Positions 1 to 4,822 of a stretch of DNA of 21,382 bases are shown one piece after another; position 1 is the first letter of the stretch, and each line of letters begins with the position of its first letter. The notes under the pieces were generated by a model. It searched no databases. It was given only the letters and a program-made list of their open reading frames with translations, and was not told the DNA's origin. The position numbers were made by a program, and so were the translations under genes. The stretch comes from a virus (Duplodnaviria; Heunggongvirae; Uroviricota; Caudoviricetes). The stretch lies in the IMG/VR virus record IMGVR_UViG_3300023697_000634. One strand, 5' to 3'.

Positions 1-46
1 CCAAGCATATTTGTGCTTGGGTAGCCGAAGTGGTAGAGGCAAAGAG
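1..46 (+). ncRNA. Circularly permuted tRNA-like module A (truncated by window start)
   Basis: CCAAGCA(1-7) pairs with TGCTTGG(14-20) across a 6-nt loop. 15-46 reads as a tRNA 5' half: GCTTGGG-TA-GCC-GAAGTGGTAGA-GGC-A-AAGAG. The matching acceptor 3' strand lies upstream rather than downstream. The T-arm would lie before the window. Confidence 0.65.
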
Positions 47-51
47 ACGGG

Positions 52-380
52 TACAGAGATCGTTTATCGTGATAGTAGTTGTATTGACCTCACAGACTTA
101 TTGTAAGGGTTTAACTTATCAGCCGGAGAGCTTATCCTTATACTAAACATATAAAGATAAACAAGATTATGCTGGTTCGAGTCCAGCCTGCGTCGCCAAA
201 GTGATACGTAGATTGCTTTGGGACGCAGTGAGCAAATGGTAAAGCTGCTTGTTAATTAATAACACAACGTTATCGTAACGGCCCTAGTGTGCAAAAGTAA
301 GTTAGGCGTGAAGGAATTCACAAGATTCGCTTATACTCAACAGCTACGTTGTATAAGCGGTTCTTCTAAAGCGATCTGTA
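52..380 (+). ncRNA. Putative large structured RNA scaffold carrying module B at its apex
   Basis: Nested long-range helices 52-65/369-380 and 110-119/297-306 enclose 160-165/248-253. Local hairpins at 132-160, 268-280, 308-321 (GGAA tetraloop) and 328-359. No credible ORF. Confidence 0.55.
160..253 (+). ncRNA. Circularly permuted tRNA-like module B (YrlA/Y-RNA-like tRNA mimic)
   Basis: The 3' half comes first: ACAAG(161-165)-ATTAT-GCTGG TTCGAGT CCAGC-CTGCGTC-G-CCA(198). The 5' half follows: GACGCAG(222-228)-TG-AGC AAATGGTAAA GCT-G-CTTGT(248-252). Acceptor (7/7 bp) and anticodon-stem (5/5 bp) strands match perfectly, only in this permuted order. Confidence 0.85.
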
Positions 381-402
381 TTAGATTTCTTCAGAAGAAT
401 TT

Positions 403-477
403 GGACGGTTATTTCAGCGGTAGAATATCACATTGACATTGTGAAGGTCACTGGTTCGATCCCAGTACCGTCCACCA
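403..477 (+). tRNA. trnV: tRNA-Val(GAC)
   Basis: GGACGGT/ACCGTCC acceptor, TCACA-TT GAC AT-TGTGA anticodon arm, TTCGATC T-loop, encoded CCA. Confidence 0.95.
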
Positions 478-498
478 AATTTGAACATATATAATTGT

Positions 499-574
499 AG
501 CGGAGTGGAGAAGTGGTATCTCGTCAGTCTCATAAGCTGAAGATCGGTGGTTCGAATCCGCCCTCTCGCAACCA
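499..574 (+). tRNA. trnM: tRNA-Met(CAT), initiator-like body with irregular acceptor stem
   Basis: fMet-like D-arm (GGAGAAGTGGTATCTC), TCAGT-CT CAT AA-GCTGA, GGTGG/CCGCC T-arm, ends CGCAACCA. Acceptor needs a 1-nt bulge and has a 1:72 mismatch. Confidence 0.85.
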
Positions 575-579
575 AACAT

Positions 580-655
580 TGGCATATAGCTCAGTTGGTA
601 GAGCGTCTGACTGTTAATCAGAATGTCCCTGGTTCGAGCCCAGGTTTGCCAGCCA
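580..655 (+). tRNA. trnN: tRNA-Asn(GTT)
   Basis: TGGCATA/TTTGCCA acceptor, TCTGA-CT GTT AA-TCAGA, G73, CCA. Confidence 0.95.
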
Positions 656-672
656 TTTTAAAAGGAATTAAA

Positions 673-753
673 ATGAAATCAGAAGGTAGCGGTTACGCAG
701 TCGAGGGTTGGGATGATATTACCAACGACGACCTCAATCCAATTGCAATTTAA
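673..753 (+). CDS. 26-aa acidic peptide MKSEGSGYAVEGWDDITNDDLNPIAI
   Basis: AAGGA Shine-Dalgarno ahead of ATG 673. Fills the gap between tRNA-Asn and tRNA-Thr. It is the 3' part of track ORF 547..753. Confidence 0.5.
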   Translation: MKSEGSGYAVEGWDDITNDDLNPIAI

Positions 754-760
754 TTCTTAT

Positions 761-835
761 GCCGGATTAGCTCAGTGGTAGAGCACCCGCCTTGTAAGCG
801 GTAGGTCGTCAGTTCAATCCCGACATCCGGCACCA
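761..835 (+). tRNA. trnT: tRNA-Thr(TGT)
   Basis: GCCGGAT/ATCCGGC acceptor, CCCGC-CT TGT AA-GCGGT, CCA. Confidence 0.95.
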
Positions 836-843
836 AACATAGA

Positions 844-914
844 CGCGGAGAGTCAGGTGAGAGGGCAGTCTCATAAGCTCGTCCTAGAAGGTTCAAATCC
901 TTCCTCCGCAACCA
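844..914 (+). tRNA. Non-canonical tRNA(CAT), fMet-like acceptor, reduced D-arm
   Basis: CGCGGAG/CTCCGCA with C1:A72 mismatch, GAAGG TTCAAAT CCTTC T-arm, CT CAT AA loop, CCA. D region is only about 12 nt and the anticodon stem is extended with a bulge. Confidence 0.7.
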
Positions 915-924
915 AAACACAACT

Positions 925-999
925 GGTGATATAGCCTAGACGGATAGGCGGGGGTCTCATAAGCCTCATAGGTTGGCTCGGTACCAACTATCACCACCA
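925..999 (+). tRNA. tRNA(CAT) (Met or Ile2), unusual T-loop
   Basis: GGTGATA/TATCACC acceptor, GCCT/AGGC D-stem, GGGGT-CT CAT AA-GCCTC, T-loop CTCGGTA, A73-CCA. Confidence 0.85.
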
Positions 1000-1016
1000 A
1001 CACACAGGAGTTCGTT

Positions 1017-1202
1017 ATGTCAGATGGTGGTAAGGGGTCTGCACCAAGACCATTTAGCGTTAGCCAACAAGAATGGGATAATCGCTGGGATGCGATCTTC
1101 TCGCGTGATCTTGAAAAGAAACAAGATGCGCAGAAGAAGATTGAAATGCCAGGCACCACAGGTGGTGCAAAGATCGTTTTTCCCGAAGACGAATCCAAGT
1201 AA
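1017..1202 (+). CDS. Small phage hypothetical protein (MSDGGKGSAPRPFS...RWDAIF type)
   Basis: CAGGAG RBS, 61 aa. N-terminus resembles a motif I recall from aquatic phage small proteins. Confidence 0.8.
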   Translation: MSDGGKGSAPRPFSVSQQEWDNRWDAIFSRDLEKKQDAQKKIEMPGTTGGAKIVFPEDESK

Positions 1203-1208
1203 ATAAAT

Positions 1209-1284
1209 GCCTCGTTAACTCAGCGGTATGAGTAGCTCCCTTACAAGGAGAAGGTCGGCGGTTCGATCCCGTCACGAGGTACCA
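1209..1284 (+). tRNA. trnV: tRNA-Val(TAC)
   Basis: GCCTCGT/ACGAGGT acceptor, CT TAC AA loop, GGCGG TTCGATC CCGTC T-arm, CCA. Confidence 0.93.
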
Positions 1285-1288
1285 AATT

Positions 1289-1362
1289 GCTCTTGTCGTA
1301 TAGTGACATTACACATCCTTGGTACGGATGTTACACGAGTTTGATTCTCGTCGAGAGCACCA
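1289..1362 (+). tRNA. trnT: tRNA-Thr(GGT)
   Basis: GCTCTTG/CGAGAGC acceptor, CATCC-TT GGT AC-GGATG, T-loop TTTGATT, CCA. D-loop lacks the GG. Confidence 0.88.
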
Positions 1363-1363
1363 G

Positions 1364-1392
1364 TTGTCTGTCGATCTGTTATTTCATATAAT
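1364..1392 (+). promoter_or_regulatory. sigma70-type promoter
   Basis: TTGTCT(1364-1369)-N17-TATAAT(1387-1392). Predicted TSS near 1399. Confidence 0.7.
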
Positions 1393-1411
1393 AGACGAAG
1401 ACGAAAGAATT

Positions 1412-1650
1412 TAGAGTAGATACAGCAAACAAACTAATACATGGAGTAACGTCCATGATACTAAAACCCTACCGTGCCCTGAAAGGGGTGGCCGAAAGGT
1501 TGGAGGGAATGCGTTGGCCTAGTAATAGGTCGACTTTGTAGTCTTGCAAGATCAAGGATCGGGCGCCAACGATTGGCGATAGGGTCATGGAGATAGGGCA
1601 AGTGCCCGAAGTGGATGACCAGAAAATAATTTCTGCTCCCCCTACTCTGT
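1412..1650 (+). ncRNA. Structured RNA / 5' leader upstream of TROVE-like gene
   Basis: Closed by AGAGTAG(1413-1419)/CTACTCT(1642-1648). Contains at least 8 hairpins, three capped by GNRA loops (GAAA 1481, GAAA 1494, GTAA 1522). No ORF. Confidence 0.7.
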
Positions 1651-1658
1651 TGTTTAAA

Positions 1659-1714
1659 AGGTTAAGTTCCGCAACAACAATTTCTATTCATAAAAGAGAA
1701 AAAGTTTAACCTGT
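1659..1714 (+). promoter_or_regulatory. Leader hairpin just before the TROVE-like RBS
   Basis: AGGTTAA(1659-1665)/TTAACCT(1706-1712) stem, asymmetric A/C-rich loop CCGCAACAACAA, inner TTTCT/AGAAA stem. Confidence 0.5.
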
Positions 1715-1735
1715 TGATTGAAAAAGGAGTTCATT

Positions 1736-3169
1736 ATGTCAACATTCGCTGAAGCTGTAGTAAACCAAGAAGCCCGTACCACGAATGGTATGGTGGCACG
1801 CAAGTCCACTGCAAATGCGTGCGTCGATCTATTCTTCAAGATCGGTGCTTCACGTGGTAAGGACATCACGAAGGATTTCGTGGCCGCATACGCTGAGAAC
1901 AAAGATGTCGCGTTGCGCATCGCTCAATGGGTCCGTGACGCTCGTGGTGGCGCTGGTGAACGTGAATTGTTCCGCCAAGTTCTGAAGTATCTCGAAAAGC
2001 ACGATAAGGACGCTGCAGCAGCATTGCTGGCTAAAGTGCCTGAAATCGGTCGCTGGGATGACATCTTCGTCTTCGAAGATAAGGACTTGAAGGCCAAGGC
2101 ATTCACAATGTTGGGTGATGCACTCCGTGCAAAGAATGGTCTCGCTGCGAAGTGGACACCTCGCCAAGGTAAACTCGCTGCCGAAATTCGTACATTCTAT
2201 GGAATGTCGCCAAAGTTCTACCGTAAGTCGTTGGTTGAATTGACCAACGTCGTCGAAACACAAATGTGTGCGAAGGACTGGGATGCAATCAACTTCTCGC
2301 ACGTGCCATCCGTGGCCGCTGCTCGTTACAAGAAAGCATTCAACCGTAACACACAAGAATACGCAAAGTATGTTGCTGAATTGATGAAGGATCCAAAAGA
2401 TCGTACAGTCAAAGTCAAGATCAACGCTGGCGCAGTGTTTCCATACGATGTGTTGAAGGGCGTTATCGGTTCATACCGTAACAACTATTCCGCAGCTGAG
2501 CTCGGTGCGCTGCAAGCGCAATGGGATGCGATGGAAAACTTCATCGGTGATGCAAACGTCTTGCCATTGGTAGACGTTTCTGGTTCGATGTCCTGCCGTG
2601 CTGGTGGTTCTGCTTCGCAGAGCACCACAACGTGTATGGATGTTGCAGTGTCGCTTGGTTTGTACCTCGCTGACAAGAACAAGGGTAAGTTCAAGGACAC
2701 GTTCTTGACGTTCTCGGGTTCGCCAGAATTGCTGAACTTGAAGGGCAACATTGTTCAGAAAGTCCAACAAATGGTTTCTTCCAACTGGGGCATGAACACT
2801 AACTTGGTTGCTGCAATGGATAAGATCCTTGCTACGGCTACTAAGGGTGGCGTTCCACAAGAAGAAATGCCAGACATGCTGCTGATCTTGTCTGACATGC
2901 AATTCGACCAATGCGCTCGTTTCGACGATTCCGCAATGCAAATGATTGCACGTAAGTTTGAAGCAGCAGGATACGAACTTCCAAAGATCGTGTTCTGGAA
3001 TTTGAACTCGCACGATAACGTGCCTGTCAAGTATGACACTCGTGGTGTTGCTTTGGTATCTGGCTTCTCGCCAGCTATCATGACGGCAGTACTCGGTGGT
3101 GATGCTGACAAGTTCACACCAGAAGCAATGATGCTTAAGGCAGTGATGATCGACCGTTACGCGATCTAA
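1736..3169 (+). CDS. TROVE/Ro60-like (DUF2828-type) protein with C-terminal vWA domain
   Basis: AAGGAG RBS before ATG 1736 (477 aa). Helical N-terminus with RDARGGAGER and AAKWTPR, MIDAS motif VDVSGSM, ILSDMQFD, PKIVFWNL. Family called from recalled motifs. Confidence 0.8.
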   Translation: MSTFAEAVVNQEARTTNGMVARKSTANACVDLFFKIGASRGKDITKDFVAAYAENKDVALRIAQWVRDARGGAGERELFRQVLKYLEKHDKDAAAALLAKVPEIGRWDDIFVFEDKDLKAKAFTMLGDALRAKNGLAAKWTPRQGKLAAEIRTFYGMSPKFYRKSLVELTNVVETQMCAKDWDAINFSHVPSVAAARYKKAFNRNTQEYAKYVAELMKDPKDRTVKVKINAGAVFPYDVLKGVIGSYRNNYSAAELGALQAQWDAMENFIGDANVLPLVDVSGSMSCRAGGSASQSTTTCMDVAVSLGLYLADKNKGKFKDTFLTFSGSPELLNLKGNIVQKVQQMVSSNWGMNTNLVAAMDKILATATKGGVPQEEMPDMLLILSDMQFDQCARFDDSAMQMIARKFEAAGYELPKIVFWNLNSHDNVPVKYDTRGVALVSGFSPAIMTAVLGGDADKFTPEAMMLKAVMIDRYAI

Positions 3170-3183
3170 AATATGTAACACCC

Positions 3184-3213
3184 AGCCAAGGCCGTTTTGT
3201 GCCTTGGCTTTTT
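3184..3213 (+). terminator. Rho-independent terminator
   Basis: AGCCAAGGC/GCCTTGGCT stem followed by a T-run. Confidence 0.7.
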
Positions 3214-3227
3214 ACTAGAGGTGTACC

Positions 3228-3698
3228 ATGAAGAAATTAGACCTAGCTGAAGTGAAGAAATTCATCGAAGCGCAATCGCCATCCACAAAGATTTACATCG
3301 GCGCCGACTCAGAGCGCTTTAAAATGGAAGGCAGATGGTATGCTGATTACACACTCGCCGTCGTAATCCACATTGACGGAAACCATGGTTGCAAAATCTT
3401 CGGTGAAGTTCAACGTGAATTAGATTACGACCAAAAGAAGTCTAAGCCAGCAATGCGTTTGATGAATGAAGTCTACAAGGTTTCGGAATTGTTCCAAAAT
3501 CTTGCCGATGTGTTGGAAGATCGTTATGTTGAAGTCCATTTGGACATTAACCCTAACGAAATGTATGGCTCCTCGTGCGTCGTACAACAAGCTATCGGTT
3601 ACATCAAAGGCACGTGTAACGTAACACCGATGGTTAAGCCACGGGCGTTCGCTGCATCATATGCTGCTGACAGACTGAAAGAGGTCCTAGCGGCCTAA
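3228..3698 (+). CDS. RNase H-like protein (DUF458/YkuK type)
   Basis: GAGGT RBS. Motifs IYIGADS, VEVHLDIN and KPRAFAASYAAD carry acidic residues typical of this family. Confidence 0.8.
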   Translation: MKKLDLAEVKKFIEAQSPSTKIYIGADSERFKMEGRWYADYTLAVVIHIDGNHGCKIFGEVQRELDYDQKKSKPAMRLMNEVYKVSELFQNLADVLEDRYVEVHLDINPNEMYGSSCVVQQAIGYIKGTCNVTPMVKPRAFAASYAADRLKEVLAA

Positions 3699-3701
3699 AT
3701 C

Positions 3702-3724
3702 AAGGACCTTCGGGTCCTTTTTTT
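3702..3724 (+). terminator. Rho-independent terminator with cUUCGg loop
   Basis: AAGGACC-TTCG-GGTCCTT-TTTTT. Confidence 0.92.
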
Positions 3725-3737
3725 ATACATTCAATGG

Positions 3738-3775
3738 TTGACTTCCCCCATTGGACAGTATAAAATATATAAATA
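3738..3775 (+). promoter_or_regulatory. Tandem sigma70-type promoter and T4-type late promoter
   Basis: TTGACT(3738-3743)-N17-TAAAAT(3761-3766), and TATAAATA at 3768-3775. Confidence 0.8.
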
Positions 3776-3778
3776 CCT

Positions 3779-3877
3779 CATCTCATTCGGGATGGGAACT
3801 AGGCTGGTATCCTAGTGAATATCTACCAACTAATGCCTTCGGGGTTAGTTATTTTATCAACTCGCTTATTTAAGGAG
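3779..3877 (+). promoter_or_regulatory. ROSE-like RNA thermometer leader
   Basis: Four successive hairpins. The last is CTCGCTT-ATTT-AAGGAG, where a UCGCU strand with a bulged G pairs the Shine-Dalgarno. Confidence 0.65.
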
Positions 3878-3883
3878 AACCTT

Positions 3884-4102
3884 ATGACATTTTTCGCAGA
3901 CACAGCTATTGACGCAGTTCAAGACGCTAAGGCTACATTCGTTAAAACTTTCGTTAAAGACGAATCTGTAGCAAAACCACTCCAATCATTTGTTGAATCG
4001 CAACGTGCATTTGCCAAGCAAGTCGCTAAGACTTCTGCTGATGTGCTGACAGCTTCTTATGATGCTGCTCAGAAACTTGCATTCCCTGCCAAGACTAAGT
4101 GA
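3884..4102 (+). CDS. Small amphipathic helical protein, phasin-like
   Basis: AAGGAG RBS before ATG 3884 (72 aa), Ala/Lys/Phe-rich helical pattern. The phasin assignment is tentative. Confidence 0.7.
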   Translation: MTFFADTAIDAVQDAKATFVKTFVKDESVAKPLQSFVESQRAFAKQVAKTSADVLTASYDAAQKLAFPAKTK

Positions 4103-4114
4103 TAGGAGATCGAC

Positions 4115-4588
4115 ATGACATTGCTCACTACATTCAAGGACTTTGATAAGTTCTTCGTTGGTTTCGATGAACAGTTCAACCGCATTGCTAAAATGCATGA
4201 CGACTTGACAAAGAACATCCCTAACTACCCACCTTACAACATCAAGAAGACAGGCGACACTACGTATGTCATCGAACTCGCTGTTGCTGGTTTTGCCAAG
4301 CAAGACATCGAGATCGATCTTGAAGACAATAAGATGGTTATCAAGGGCAACGTCCAAAATGACGACAACGCCGACAGCTTCCTGTTCAAAGGAATCGCTG
4401 CTCGCAACTTCACTCGCACGTTCGCTCTGGACGATCAAGTAGAAGTTAAAAATGCCGAGATGATCAATGGTATGTTGCAAGTGTTCTTGGAACGAATCAT
4501 TCCTGAACACAAGAAGCCAAAGAAAATCGAAGTCAAGGAATCTACACGATCCAAAACTACTAAGCCTCTTCTAACAGACGAAGCTTAA
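4115..4588 (+). CDS. hsp20: Small heat shock protein Hsp20 (IbpA-like)
   Basis: NYPPYNIKK, IELAVAGF, LFKGIAARNFTRTFAL, AEMINGMLQV; AGGAG RBS. Confidence 0.97.
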   Translation: MTLLTTFKDFDKFFVGFDEQFNRIAKMHDDLTKNIPNYPPYNIKKTGDTTYVIELAVAGFAKQDIEIDLEDNKMVIKGNVQNDDNADSFLFKGIAARNFTRTFALDDQVEVKNAEMINGMLQVFLERIIPEHKKPKKIEVKESTRSKTTKPLLTDEA

Positions 4589-4596
4589 TCGACCTC

Positions 4597-4629
4597 AGCC
4601 GACTACCGAGAGGGGTCGGCTTTTATTTT
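4597..4629 (+). terminator. Rho-independent terminator
   Basis: GCCGAC/GTCGGC stem with inner CC-GAGA-GG, then TTTTATTTT. Confidence 0.75.
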
Positions 4630-4654
4630 GTCCAAAAGACAAATGGGTAGTAAC

Positions 4655-4822
4655 ATGCATACAATAAAGAAAACAATTTTCGGTTTCATACTCTTCATGT
4701 TGGAAGATGTATTGAAGCCTTTTTCACGTCGCGCAGCGATAGATCAATATCTAGCACAGAGCCATGATATTTTCGATCTCGAATATAGGATCGAAAAGCT
4801 CGCACGCAAGGGCGTATTATGA
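4655..4822 (+). CDS. Small protein, DUF3563-like
   Basis: C-terminal YLAQSHDIFDLEYRIEKL matches the recalled YLAxSxDxxDLExR pattern. Start uncertain (4643 or 4655). ATGA overlap with the GNAT gene. Confidence 0.6.
   Translation: MHTIKKTIFGFILFMLEDVLKPFSRRAAIDQYLAQSHDIFDLEYRIEKLARKGVL

Noticed and set aside
15-198. One tRNA interrupted by an intron (5' half at 15-46, 3' half at 161-198)
   Set aside because: GCTTGGG does not pair with CTGCGTC and AAGAG does not pair with ACAAG. Each half has a perfect partner elsewhere in permuted order.
47-400. Natural permuted group I intron-exon yielding a spliced tRNA
   Set aside because: No junction satisfying U at the 5' splice site and omega-G gives a 7-nt loop with U33. 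No matching P7 pair was found (AGAGAC and AAGATA are only partial look-alikes).
160-400. Two-piece tmRNA
   Set aside because: No G3:U70 alanine determinant, the discriminator is G, a full D-stem is present, and no tag reading frame is evident.
547-1275. Track ORFs 547..753 (5' part), 893..1198, 973..1206 and 1060..1275
   Set aside because: They overlap tRNA genes or the better-supported 1017..1202 ORF and lack an RBS.
1477-1500. Hammerhead ribozyme core (CTGA...GAAA)
   Set aside because: CTGAAAG does not fit CUGANGA. Both GAAA elements are better explained as GNRA tetraloops.
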